From Eutreptiella sp. 'Long Island Sound 2002' (Eukaryota; Protista; Euglenida), in contig OZ038378.1 in assembly GCA_964036045.1 (NCBI GenBank), forward strand, positions 171,492,001 to 171,556,000: a stretch of 64,000 bases of DNA, written 5' to 3'. The position numbers were made by a program, and so were the translations under genes. The notes beneath the pieces were generated by a model. The model ran no database searches. It saw only the letters and a list, made by a program, of their open reading frames with translations, and was not told the DNA's origin. Positions 37,403-50,272 of this stretch are shown one piece after another; the stretch's first letter is position 1; each line of letters starts with the position of its first letter.

Positions 37403-40400
37403 GTGCCTCTTCGGAGTCTGAGATATTCGGTATCGGACTGCGCAGGCAGTGCTATGATGCCAAAGCGCATCTTCAGTCGTCATGTCCGCTTGGTTGTCCG
37501 ATCCATTGCAGCGGCGGCCTCGCAGGCTTAGGATGTTGCTCAATTGACCTGATCAGTGCTGCGGGTACCCTTTGGCAGTGCAGTGCAGAGTCGAGCGACT
37601 TAAGGGTTTGGCTGACGGACTGGCTGTTGCAGGCATTGGTTGAGGATTTGTTTCCAAAAGGGCGGGAACAACTCGGCTGGCAATGGCGGGAGCAGGGGTG
37701 GTCCAAAGTGAGGTGAGTGGCTCGTGCACCTTTGGTGCATGGCAAAACGATTGGTCCTGTCCCCCCCTCTCTGTTAAATCGACCGCGCATTGCTTCCATT
37801 TTGGGCTTTTCTCTTCCTTGGCAGTCCTCTGACCATCCCCTCCGTTTTGCCTGAGGCACAGATGAGGTAGCCTTGGGGTGGGAAGGTTGAGGTGTAATTG
37901 AACGTCACATCAGCGAGTTCAACCCAGCCCACTGGCATTGAGTGCCTGATTTGAACAGAGGTTTTCACTGATCCTTATTGCCGGCAAGCCCCTCGTGTCG
38001 AATGGGAAGACAGGCGGAGGTTTTTGAACTTCCAACCTCAGTCATGGTGCCATATGGGGGGGGAGGGGGAAACCGGGAAATTTGGTATGGCAGAATTTGG
38101 CCCAAGAAAACTGCGCCAAAATTCTGCTCTGGTGTCTCAGACTTGCAGCCAATTTTCTAGTCTAAGTTTGAGGGCTCTGGGTATGCACATGATGCCACAT
38201 GCCAGCAAATAGGTTGGCATGGATATTGGGAATCCGCCAATCAAGTGGCAAAATGGCACAATCCCTGATATCCATCAACTTCTCCGAAGCACTCAATTCA
38301 CCTCCATGTCTGTGTAGCAGTGCCATGCTGGTTGCAAGGGAGGGCTAGGCTAGGGTCGATGCTGTTTGTGCCGCCATTTGAGGATTTTTGTGCAAAAAAA
38401 TTTCCACGATTTATTTAATTCGCACCAAATCCCCCCCCCCCTTTAACAACAACAAATTGTGCCTGGCCAACCCCCCCCCCCCCTCCCCCCACACAGCACA
38501 CGAGTGGCCACAGGCAGGCACCAACCCAGTGGTGGGCCTCTCGTTCTCTGTGAAGCGAGAGGGTAGGCTGTTCGGAACACTTTCTGCACCTGAGACCTAT
38601 TGTCTAAGGCGCCGCTTGAGCAGCCTCACCCTGTACCCTCAACACATCGAACAGAGCTAAAAGCAGACATTGATTCACAAGTGTAGTGCTGGTCAGATGA
38701 TTACACTGGGGGGGGGGGGGGGCGGAGGAGCCTGCTGTCGATGGGGGGGATGGGGGGCGCTTTGGGCTGGGCGCCAGAAATGGTCTGGGGTCTGGTGCCC
38801 AAATTGTAGTTGGAGCGAAATCTTGGCTCCATCCAACAACCAATTTTTCTGTGTTGCCGGGGAACCTGATTTTAGTGTGTCTGGACAAGCTGACCAATTA
38901 CATTTAGATTTCGCAGTTGCGCAGTAGAAAACATTTGTCATTCGTTTTGCAGATGCCATCGGTAGTAAATGCAGTTTCCGAGGAAAGTTTCATGTGTTTC
39001 TGAGGTTAATCAAAGGCTGTTGCATTTCCCAACAGTGAAATTGGGTGCTGCAAGCACCGTTCAGTATTGACCGGCAACAGTTTGGATGGTTCCGTTCACA
39101 AAATCGAACATTGCTTAGTGGCGAAAAACCCTCAGCGTTGGGGGTGGGAGAGGGTGGGTCCCCCCCCCCCCCCCCAAACGTTTGTGTACCTCCGATTTCG
39201 GGCCCTATGAACAGCTTTCATTTTTTCGTCGGAATTTCCCAGGTGGGGGTTGGCCAGGAGCTCAAAGGCCCGCCTGACCCCTCCTGGGTGCAGGTAGGTC
39301 TCCTTAGATAGCCCCCCCCCCCCCCACCCCACCCCCTCCCAGGTCCTTCAGCAATGGCCTGGTTCATGGTAATGGAAGTATTGAACAGTCCAATTTCCTT
39401 GATTTTCATGGATCATGGTGGAAAGCGGCGAGATCACATTATCTGGATACTAGGTACCAGCACACCAGAATGGCTGCGCACAGCCCTCTGTTGGAACCAA
39501 CCAAAGAAAAGCGACACAGCTCACAACAAATACCAGCTGCACAGCCAGTATCCCACATGCTAAAGATCTCATCTGCACGTTTCCCTCCACCAAATTTGAC
39601 TGGTGCCTAACAGCAGATTTTTCAACCATTTGATTCTGGGTGTGGAAGCTGGGGTCCCCCAAACCTTGAGCAGGGGCACTTTCCAGGGTGCTGGAGGCAA
39701 AGGAACTCCATGCTACAGTGACATGCCTCTGTGTGAACTGGTTCCTGAAGCTCTTGGTAGATGCCTTTGTCAAACAAGTTCAGTCCTCCAGAGATTCTGT
39801 CCTCACTGTTTGTCTGCCAGCCTGTCTGACCTGATCTCAAAATGTCGTGCCCCTATTTTTCAGTTTAGCAAAACACTTACTGGGATAGGACTGTACATGA
39901 AATTTGCAGCTGACAATGCAGAAACAATGACCTTGCCCAAGCCGCACTGGGCATTAGTTCCATCAATTCCAGAGCTTTTGCTGTTGTGTGGACACCTGAG
40001 AGCTGAAACCTTCGGTCAGAGACAAAAGCCTGTCAAAGAGGGGCAGGACGCTAGGATGCCAGGACGCCATGCCCACTTTCTGAGTTCCAACAGCTGGAAT
40101 GCATGTCAGCCTGCATCAGAGCCAAGGCCAGTTGAGAGAGATATGATTGGTCGCTGAGAGAAATTGTATCTTGGCCCAGAAAGAGAAACAATTTGATAGC
40201 CAATGGGGTGAACTGAAGGGCATATTTTATATTGTGATGTCAACCTCCTAATCTATTCACTGATATTTCGTAGGGGCAGAGCCAAGGTCACATTCCAGTT
40301 GAATTTGAGTGATTTAACAGTGATCACCCTAACCCCACCTGCATATCGTTTTCTGAGGATGGCCTTGCTAGGGGTGCAGTGGCAATGGACACTGGGTAGG

Positions 40401-40835
40401 CCACCCGAAGCTGGTTGCACTCAATATTTTTTTTCAAACCAACATGAAACAAAATGCCAGGCGTCCACTGAAATGCTCCTCTCACACAGTTTGAAGATTT
40501 TAAGCTGTGGAACGTGATCAAATTCTGCTGCATCTATGCAGGGCACAAGCATGAACAAAGTGGGTCCCAGTTTGTACTCAAAATTTTTTTGTGTGTCATA
40601 GCTTTCAGTATGTCCAACAGGTGCAGTGTTGGACCAGAAGAAAGCAGGCACAGATGGGAGCAATGGAGTCCACGAGTTTTGAGGTGAACCTATGCTGTCA
40701 GGGAGGTGGTGCTGGCATTTCAGTGCAGTGGCATGAGATACGAGGTCAAGCTGTTCAAGCTGTTCAAACCTGTGGGATGACACGGTGCAAAGGTTCTGTT
40801 CTGCTGGAAATACCGGGCCCCAATATCGGGGAGGG

Positions 40836-41450
40836 CTCGCCGGATCCAACCGGACTTGGGTTCGGCGAACATATCGGCTTGGCAGACTTATCGGCTCGGC
40901 GGACCCTCCGCCGGCCGATCGGCTGGCCGAAAGTCTGGCCGGACTTGTGGCCGGCCGAAAGTCCGGTATAACCCATTTACCCCACCTTTTTGTTACTAAA
41001 GATGCGTCGAGCGAAGCTCGGGTGGTTTGGTGCTCCATAGGCAACGCGGTACACACACAAGGGGGTGCACACACAAGGCGTGCACACACAAGGCGGTCTG
41101 TGGCCACCGCGGGAGTCTTGTTATTTAAGGGGTGTGTGGGGGCTGGTCCCCGCGTCGAGCGAAGCGAGCCGAAGCAAGGGCTGGTTTGGCGGTCCATAGG
41201 CAATGCGGGCTGCAAGCGGGGTGGGGGTTAAATCTCGGGTAATAATACAGGGGGGTTACCAGAATGGACCGGTCGTTTGGCCGGCTGATCGACCCGCCGG
41301 AAGTCCGGCCGGACTTTCAGCCATTTTTTCGGCCAAAAAGTTACGTGGGACCGGATTAAACCGGACTTTCGGCCGGCCAATTGGCTGGCCGAAAGTCCGC
41401 CGAGCCGATAAGTCTGCGAACCCTGAGTCCGGTTTAATCCGGCGAGATAT
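40836..41450. mobile_element. Palindrome-rich MITE-like element with long imperfect inverted arms
   Basis: Seen: CTCGCCGGAT..AACCGGACT..GGGTTC...GCAGACTTATCGGCTCGGCGGAC at the left and its reverse complement at 41345-41450. The core GGCCGAAAGTCCGG recurs. No clean TSD. Confidence 0.65.
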
Positions 41451-41945
41451 CGGGGAGAGAGACATTGGATGCAGGATAGGTATCGGGAATTCTGCATTGC
41501 GTGAGCTAACCGGAATTTGCACTGTGTGCCTTTGATTCTCCTCGCCTTTGGGCCATGGATGCGTTATCAAAGAAGCACAGATTTGGTTGGTTGGCTGAAG
41601 TGTGTTTTGCTGCATGTGGTGCTCCTGGGAGGTCATGGTTTCATGTCAAAATGGTATAGGTTGTCCTAACCAAGGGGTATGCAGTCGTCATGCAGGCACA
41701 AAGTGCGGACGCTGTGCAAAGTCCCCCCCCCCCCCCCCCCAGAGCTCTGCAAACCTGTGCTGTTCCTGAGCTTTGTCACTGGAACATTTGGATATCTTTG
41801 GACCACCAGTTTTGCCCTTCGGGTCAAATCATGCATCACTGCATTGACTCCTGTTCAGCATTTTGAGGGTGTCAGAGGGCACAGGTTGAACCTGATTGAC
41901 ATTCTGTTAAGGAGCATCTTTGTGCTTTTTTTTCGAAACTGCACC

Positions 41946-42779
41946 ATGGCTACCAAGCAGCTGATTACAGCCCTGCGTAATAGCACGGGAGCCGGTCTAA
42001 TGCACTGCAAGAAGGCATTAGAGCACTCCAATGGTGATCTGAAAAAGGCTGCCGAGTGGCTTGGGGAACAGGGGCAACTTATGGCTGCCAAGAAGGCATC
42101 GCGGGCCACCGTCCATGGTGCGATTTGCGTTGCCATCAAGCCCTGCAAAACCAGCGGCATCCTGATGGAGGCGAACGTGGAGACAGATTTCTGCGCAAAG
42201 AATGAGACTTTCCTCGAATTTACCGGCAAGTTGGCGCATCTTGCATTGGATTTGCCTAAGAGCCAGCTCACTCCTGAGGCCATCATGAACGCCCGCATGG
42301 ATCGTGCTCCAGTGAACCTCCGGTACGTGAATACGATTGCTGCGATTGGCGAAAACATGAGCATTCGCCGGTTTGCCCGGGTCCAACCTAAGGGGGTTGG
42401 CATGGTGAGTGCATACATCCACAACCTGATTCAGGGCTCCACGTCTCATGGGCTCCTAGCCACTTTGGTGGGCCTGCAGGCCGATTTGGACTCCATGTCC
42501 GATGAGCAGAAGCAGACGCTGGACAATGTCGGAAAGCGGATCGCGATGCATGTCACTGCGGATCGAGACAATGAATCCCCTCTGTTGGACCAACCGTTTC
42601 TGCAGGGGGAGCAGACGGTGGGCGAGTGGCTGGAGCTCCAGAGCAAGGCTGTGGGGGGTTCGCCCATCAAGGTTGCTCAGGTTGAGAGCTTTAAGGTGGG
42701 TGACGGCCTGGAATCTACAGAAACAGATTTCGCTGCGGAGGTGGCCCGGCAGATGGAGAAGGCGAAAAAGACTGCATGA
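41946..42779 (+). CDS. tsf: Translation elongation factor Ts, mitochondrial type, 277 aa, single exon
   Basis: Seen: LRNSTGAGLMHCKKAL, EANVETDFCAKN, IGENMSIRRF, RIAMHV, LLDQPFL and DFAAEVA motifs, with no stops or frameshifts. The coiled-coil insertion between AMHV and LLDQ is missing, as in mitochondrial EF-Ts (established). Confidence 0.95.
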   Translation: MATKQLITALRNSTGAGLMHCKKALEHSNGDLKKAAEWLGEQGQLMAAKKASRATVHGAICVAIKPCKTSGILMEANVETDFCAKNETFLEFTGKLAHLALDLPKSQLTPEAIMNARMDRAPVNLRYVNTIAAIGENMSIRRFARVQPKGVGMVSAYIHNLIQGSTSHGLLATLVGLQADLDSMSDEQKQTLDNVGKRIAMHVTADRDNESPLLDQPFLQGEQTVGEWLELQSKAVGGSPIKVAQVESFKVGDGLESTETDFAAEVARQMEKAKKTA

Positions 42780-44039
42780 GCACGTGGGGAAGCTGCAAAT
42801 GTGCAAGGTGCAGCATGTGGGGAGGGTATTTATGAGGCAAGCTGAGGGGTACCCTTGCCCCCTGTGTTACCCAGCTTCCCCTCTTCTCTCCCCCAGGTTC
42901 CCTGCAACCCCCAGCAGCAACAAGCTCACACAAAAGACATGTTGTGGAGAGCATTCTCCGAAGGTCAAAGTGCAGGCTTCATGTGAAGCCTGCCAGTGCA
43001 GGCAGGGGAGTGGGCACCACGTGGACAGTATGCTGCAATGGTGAGCAGTAGGATCAACATTCCACCTTCATTTACAAAAGTTGAATTTTCCTCAGCCATA
43101 CCTTGCAAACAAACGACCCAATGAAAATCAATCGGGTCACACACAAGACAAAGCACTGGACACCGGTTGTACTGCACAGTACACGACAAGCCCTTTCTTC
43201 CCTCACGCATTATATCGGTCATGATAATGTGAAGGACATTGCGTTTGACACCAGGTGTTCTAACTGGTTTCTGGTTGCGGCTCTACGGCATCCCCCAGCC
43301 ACCGCCAGAAGGGCTCAACTCTCCCCCCCAAGCAGCAAACTCAAGGGCAAAAAGCAGCTACACGGTCGATTCTGACAATGGACCTCCTCTGTGGTGCTGC
43401 ACAACATGCATAATTCAGCCACTGCAACTTTGTTTGTCTACTGCAGCCACAAACTGTTCCCAGGTCTTATTCGACGTTCTTTCAGAATGACACCCCCAAC
43501 CAACAGAGGGTCCAGGGCCCTATTTCTGGGCACTCCGGATTGGCCCCCACATTGGCCCCGGAGAGGGTGGGCTGACAAACCACGTCACAAAGGATGTTAG
43601 ATAGTTTTTTGGGTGACCTTGGATGACCTTTGGGTGGCCTTGGGCCAGGCTCAGGTCATCATTTGGTGACAAAGGGAGTACATGTAAACCCGTGGGGTGC
43701 CATATAACACCAGTTAGGCCCCCCTCAGTGCCAGGCGTAAGTTGCCCATTGTTTTTTTTTTTTTTGGCTGTAGGTGTGGGAAAAAAAAGCTTGAAAATGC
43801 TATGGGTACGTGACCTATGCCAAAAAACAGACTCTTTGTCCTACGCTTTTTTTTTTTTACGCGACCTACATGAAAAAAACTGCTTGCGACCAAGGTAAAA
43901 AAAAACCAGTTTTATGCAACCTACATCCAAAAAAGAGTGCACGCTACCTATCCCAAAAAAATGAAAAGGAATGCCGCCAACGGTTCTGTGTTTTGATAGG
44001 GCTATGCAGCCACTTTGAATCCTCTGTGCTATGGGGATG

Positions 44040-45520
44040 CCCAGACGGCATGGTCGAGCAGAGCCCCAAGCGTTGGGACAGAGGTTTCGGCAAAATGGAA
44101 AGGAGATGTGCTTGCTTGCTTGTTGTTTGTTGGTTTTAGCTTTAGATGGTTTTAGATTTAAGGGGGGAGTTGTGTAGTAATATCTACCAACTTGCCCCTT
44201 CGTCCATGGTAGGATCCCGGTGCCAGCTCACCAGAGCCAAGTGCACCAGACAGGGGCTTAGGTATCTGTTGGGCCATTTTGAGGGTTGGAAACCACAAAA
44301 AGCGGGGTTGCAGGTGCATTTCCGATGGTGTGGCTGTTTGAGCCCTGTTTTTGGTGGACTTTGGTCTTATTTCGCCAAAAAATAGACGCAAAACCATGAC
44401 CGGCCATGACCGGCATGGTCTCATTGTGCCAAAGAGCCCCTTGGTGGCCTCCAGCTCTGCGATGTGTCTGAGAAACACCAAAAAATTGACCCAAAATGAC
44501 CATGGCTGCAAAAAGGCACAAGAGAGCAAGAGCAAGAATGGGCCGTATCATGGGCTACGTGGCTCGGAATCCAAGGGCACCTAGTCCTTAGTCCACCCGC
44601 AAGCCCCCAGTTTATGTGGTGTCCACCCCTTAGAATCGCCCAAAGGGATGCCTAGACCCCGCTACTAGGGCGTGTTGGGGGATAGTGCAAAGGGCCGAAA
44701 CCTACCAAAGCCAAAAAGGGTCCAACTGTTGTTGGCAGGTTTTGAGCATGTGCACCCTGTTTTGGCCCCTTGACACTCTCAAAAGAAGTTTGCAAATGGG
44801 CCATTTTGGCACGAAAACCGGTCAAACAGCTTGAAATTGGGCCAAAAAGACTTGTTGAGGATCCCAATTGGTTTGGGAACCACATTGGGAAAAGTCATGT
44901 TAGGCCCGAGAGACCCGTTGCACCCTTTTTGCCCCAACTGGCTCTGGGCACTGCCTTGGCAGGCCTTAGAGTATACTGGTATGGGGGTCTAGGTGGTCAG
45001 TTGCACGATTCTCAGTGCTTTTGGAACTGTGCGGCCAATATTCCGCACGTCAGCCATTTTACTGCCTTTTTTTGGTCATTTCTCGACTTTTTCCTTGCGT
45101 CAGAGGGTCAAACTGCCTTCTTCATCACGGCCAAGGCAAGCGGGTTGCAGCATATGACATTTGTTTCTTGTATTCACGCCATCTCAGTGGCGCTGCTGGC
45201 AGGGCCATCTGGATCTTTGGAAGGCCAAAATGGTTCAAAATCGGCTCAATGTAGACTTCAAGCACTTGATTGGGTGTCCCAAGTGGTCTGGGATCATTGG
45301 GAAAACTTTGTTTTTCACCACCTTTTGACCAGAGATTGGTCCCAAAATGGGACATTATAAGGCTGTGAAACTTTCGGAGGGCCAACGTCATCCCAAGTGG
45401 TCCAGAAACAATTTTGAAAAAAGCAAAAAAAAATCCGACCTTGGATCCCTTTGGACCCATTTTGGCCTGGGCCGGATTGGGCTGTGGATTGGGCTGAGGT
45501 TGGCAAGATTGTTTGCCATC
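44040..45520. repeat. Diverged, rearranged relative of the 13656-14849 element
   Basis: Seen: 44040-44185 resembles 14715-14855 and 44230-44320 resembles 14230-14320 (same strand). 44400-44500 resembles the reverse complement of 14440-14520. 44780-44900 and 45220-45470 resemble the 162-bp unit. Confidence 0.6.
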
Positions 45521-48500
45521 TGTGTTTCTCAATGGAGTCCTGCTGAAGATGGGGCTGAAGCCTCTGCTTCTCCTTTTCCATGGGTTTTACTTTCATGACA
45601 TAATGACGCTGCTTGCCCAGAAAGTGCGCACTGATGTTGCACAGAAATGATCCTCTCCGTTAGGTCTGATTCAACCAGGGGCAACAGAGGCATGCAGTCA
45701 CCAAGCAGGACGGGGGAAAGGAATGTGTGTGTCCACGAATCCACCAACCTTCACCTTCTAAGGATTCCAAAATTTCCTGATTTCACCTAAGGAACTGCAC
45801 AATGTGCAGACCCCCCAGCCCCCGCAGTCCTGCACTCTGCAAGAGAGTGATGGCAACTTCCTCTTGGGGAAAGTTACACAAACTAGGTGGCTGTCCAAAG
45901 GCAAGGGGGGGGGGGGGTGCATGCACCAGTGGTGCAGGTCTCAGGCAAGTTCTGCTCAATAACTCCCATTTTTATTTTCTTTTGGACGGAGGAGGTGTGG
46001 GCAGGGGCGGCAATGAATGGCTCAGATTGGTTGAAAGTGGTGGCCGTTGGCAGCAGCTGGTTTGGGGCCACTTGTCATGCCATATTATGTGAGCAGCAGG
46101 CAACCCAGACCTGACATCTGCCATCCCAGGTTACTTGTTCTCACCCATCCCTGGCAAAGCAGACCGCCCTTTGGGGCCCAATGAAAAGGTGCTATCCACG
46201 TGACATCGTATGTTTTTTGAGAGGGAGGCAGAAAGAATGGAGTGGTCTGGTGCCATGACGTGTGGGAATTTGGGCTACACCGGGGCTGCAATGGGGTTCA
46301 TTTAATCCTTGGCTGGTAGCTAGACTGGACGATTGTGGAGTGAGGCATTGCAGTAATGTCCGCTGGATGCTGAACCCCGCCTTCAAGGGGAACAACCCTG
46401 CAGATCATTTCAGCCCATTTCCAAAACAGGGTGTAAACAAGCAGGCAAATGTTTACAGACTGAGGGGGAGCAGGGTGTGGCGTGAAGAGCCGTGGCAGCT
46501 GTTCTAGTAGCATATTTCCTCTGCCCTCAGTGTAGCACTGCTCCAGAAAAACTCTTTTTATTCCCACATTCCCTACAAGTGCACTGCCTGCTTTGCAGCT
46601 TTGGTACCAGCTTGCCCCCTATCGCGTTCTATTTCTTTCCCTTGCAGATGTGAGCATTCACAAACTCCTTCATTTGGAAACTCAGTCAAGCCCCAAGAAG
46701 GGACATATGGGATTAGTGTTCTGGCAATCAGCAGCTCTGATTCCAATGAAATTCCCAAAACAATAACACATAGTTCATCCCCCATTCCCCCTGTTTTTAA
46801 GCCTGCCACTGTGACTTGATGACGACTGTCATCTTTCAGACGGCTCAACATGGGAGTCTCCAAAGGCGCTAGTGAGGTAGTGTCACTGTGTACAGTGCCT
46901 GGGGAATCTGCTCATCAGCAGGTCGCGTTGTTGATATTTTAGCTGCGATCTCCTTTGCCTTATTTCATATTGATTTGTTGCCCATCGGATGTGTTTGCCG
47001 TTACAACATGAGGTCTGCACTGATGCATGGTAAATGTAGTACTTGTAATGTGTACATCAGTTAGGAGAGAACATGCCACTGAGCATACATCAGCATTTGC
47101 TCGTCAGCCACCATTGCTTTCTCCATTTGTCCTGTGTACCCCAAACTGAATCATCTAGAAGCCTTCAAGAACTAACATCAAGCATCGAGAAACATTCAGG
47201 AACTGACAGAGAGCATTGAGAGCCTTGTAGGAAGCAACAGCAAGCACCCAAACCTCCCCAAGAAATATCAGCAGCATCCAGCTCTGCAGTGCTGAGAATT
47301 CTCGTACTGTAAGCAATGCAAAATTCGACTTTCACTGCATGGAGGGAAAAGCAATTTCCAAGCATGGACGTGGTTAGATGCTTTTTTTTTTTTAAGGATT
47401 GGGACGAATTTCATAGCAGTATATTTTGCTGTATCGCATTTTCCCCCAGACACGTTTTCCCCTCCTTGGTATTGTTGCTCTCTGCCTGGGGTTTGCGTGG
47501 GGGGGCTTGTATCCCCCCCCCCCCCACCCACCAGCCCACCCATCCCCCTGCTAGGTCTTGCAGGCGCACCTTGTGGTTGAATTTGAGTGGTTGAGTGAAT
47601 GCGTGTTGTCCCTCTTAGGTTTTGGGAGATATTGGTCTAGGTGTCATCGCACTGGCGGCACTGGAGGGTTTCAGCTCGAGGTGCAATTTTTGGTTTTGTC
47701 CCAAACGTTTCTACTCAATGCGCTCAGAATGCAAATGTAAATGTAGACCTCCAATATGAAAGAAAATGTTCAAGATTTGGCCCATCTCACCATTTTTGGT
47801 ATGAGGGCGAGGGTTATGTAGCAACTTTGAATAAACAAATGGTGCGTGGTGCCATTGCCTTCTGTTCATATACCTTTGGACACCGGAACTAATTCAGTGT
47901 GAGTGATGATTGCGCCCCCCTGACATTTGCACTGTACTGACACCAACCCCTCACCCCTCCCGAGGAGCGGTACTCAAACTTGTTGCTTGGTCCCCGCATG
48001 ACCCTCATCAAGGATTTATGAGTCTGGGTCCCAAGGAGAGTGCATTTCTACCAGCTCCAATGACTGCTTGACAGTGCTGGGGCACGGGGGCAACCCCCAT
48101 CCTACTGTCTCGCGGGACAAAAACCAAAGAGAGGGTAACTAATTGCCAACAAGAGGGGTGCAGTGTATTTGTATGGGGTTACAAGCCAACATGGGCGAAT
48201 GTTGGCACTAACCAGTCAACAAGCCATCGGCCTAATAGAGCAATGTGTTGAGCCACAAACCTGGATCGATTGACGCCATGGGTTGAGGTTGGCAAGAGGA
48301 GGTGGGATCCCTCTTGTAGGCACCTCACACACACTGGACTTCATACTGTTTTGAGTCATACCACCACATCCCAGATTCAATCCCTGTCACTAATGCATCG
48401 AGGGTGAATGCCACAGCCCTCACCTCATTCAAAGGTTAGTGGGTGAGTATGGGGTTCTAGGGTTGGCCGAGGAATCGGACCGCTCCCACTAAATGCCTCA

Positions 48501-49890
48501 TACCAGACCTCAATTCTAGCCTTCTATCTTGAATCAACACACCCTCAAGCCAACCGTAGCGTAGACTTAGGGCTCTGAGAGGCCAGGAGGAGCACCGCAC
48601 AGTACGGACCAACACTGCACAGGGGGTTGCGCCGGGAGGGGACACAGAACACCACATGCTGCGCAGCTACAGCCAGTTTTCGCATGACACCATAGCCATG
48701 GTGCCGAGGGCTGGGTGGAGTGACCTGACCCTACACACAGGGAGCGCAAGGACGTGGGGGATGGCAATCCAACACATCCAAATACATCCAAGACCATGGG
48801 GAGCATACCATACCATACCATACCATACCCCGTGCGGGTATGCCATGAGTGGCTAGTTTGGCCAGGTTTTGGTTTTGCATGTTTACACCACAAGTCAGAA
48901 AAAGCGGAATTGGAATTTAGCTCATTGGTTATGTGTCGTGCTATTATGGCCCATTTATGGGATGCTATGGGACCATTGCTAGATGGGGCAATGTTTGGCA
49001 CACACACAATTTGTCCAAGGTCAACCCTTTGAGTTTTTTTTGTTAAGGACAGTCCCTAAGGACGGCATTTGGGTGCATTGAGACTGATTGGTGGGTGCCC
49101 CCCCCCCCCCCCGCTGCCCCCCACTGCTATGAGAGTTGTGGCGATGACCATGTACCTGTGACGCAGGGGTATATGCGAGCCCTATATTTGTTGCTTCATG
49201 GCCCCAGGCTAAACGTGACATGGTTGGGCCATCCGACCACATTGAGCCCACAGGAGCTCTTCTCCATTTTGGCTGCAATCCTAGCATGAGGGGCGAAGAG
49301 GAGTGTTTAAAGCCTCATGTGAGACCATTAGTAGCAATGGACAAGGTACCAGCAAGACATAGCACGTGTGTGACACAAAGCCCTTGATGAGTGGGACTCT
49401 TTTGCAACAAACCATGTTGACCACCACCTTGCATAACATACTTTCGTGTGGTGGCCGGACAAGACAAATACAAATGAATTTACCACACCATGTAACAACA
49501 CCCTGCATTAGTCTCTCACGAACCCAAGGTCTACATGGATTTGCACACAAGCAGGAGGGCTGGCCACAACAACAGCTTGCGCATGAACAATTTGACCAAG
49601 AAATTAAAATCAGGGCACAGACCTTGCACATTGAGCATTTGGACAAGGGATCGAGCGAGGTTTCCCACAATTTGTGGTCCCATTCCTCCCTTGGGCATTT
49701 GTGTTTGAAGAACAGGTTTTGTCACATGGTTGTCATTTCTTTTGTGTAGTAGCCATGCATGGCCAGGTATGTCTCCTATACCGTGCATTCCCGGCACATT
49801 GGGACCCTAGCAATTGGGAGATCTAGATCAACTAACTCCCGGCCCAATGCAAGCCCCCCCCCCCCCCCACAAAGAAAAAACGTTTGTGAC

Positions 49891-50272
49891 CTCCGCCGCG
49901 GGGACTTCCTCCTGTGGACCCTCCATTTTGGCGGTCATGAGCTTCATGGCATCGCACATGCTGGTCCTTGAGCTCCAGCAGCGCCTGCAGCCATGGCGCA
50001 TCCACCCCATTCTGCACCTGCCGCCTGCCCTCCAACTCGTGTAGCTGCAGCTGCAGCGTGTGCCACGCCGTCTCCCACGCCACGAGCCCATTGCAGATCT
50101 CCGTGCACACCCGCACATCCCGCAGCCACGGGAGCAGCTCCTGCAGGTCCGTGAGGACGGCCGCGTGCAGCTCCAGCGCGGGGTGTAGGTACGGCACTGG
50201 GGGCACGGCGCGCGCGACCGGCTCCAGCGACTTGGGGCGCTGCGCAACGGCGCCACCCACGTCACGGACCGG
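49891..50272 (-). CDS. Probable internal exon of an unidentified helical protein
   Basis: Seen: GC-rich, stop-free frame PVRDVGGAVAQRPKSLEPVARAVPPVPYLHPALELHAAVLTDLQELLPWLRDV...GGSPRGG, bounded by an AG acceptor and a GT donor on the minus strand. Confidence 0.55.

Noticed and set aside
41679-41945. 89-aa N-terminal extension of EF-Ts from the ORF track
   Set aside because: It crosses a poly-C run and has no EF-Ts similarity. Only the last ~14 codons might be a presequence.
46650-46770. Possible methyltransferase exon (KGHMGLVFWQSAALIP) after a strong AG acceptor
   Set aside because: Similarity to METTL21-type motif is too short to support a call.
49043-49075. TTAAGGACAGTCCCTAAGGACGGC as another hAT element end
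   Set aside because: It resembles the subterminal motifs of the 3856-5382 element, but I found no partner TIR or TSD.
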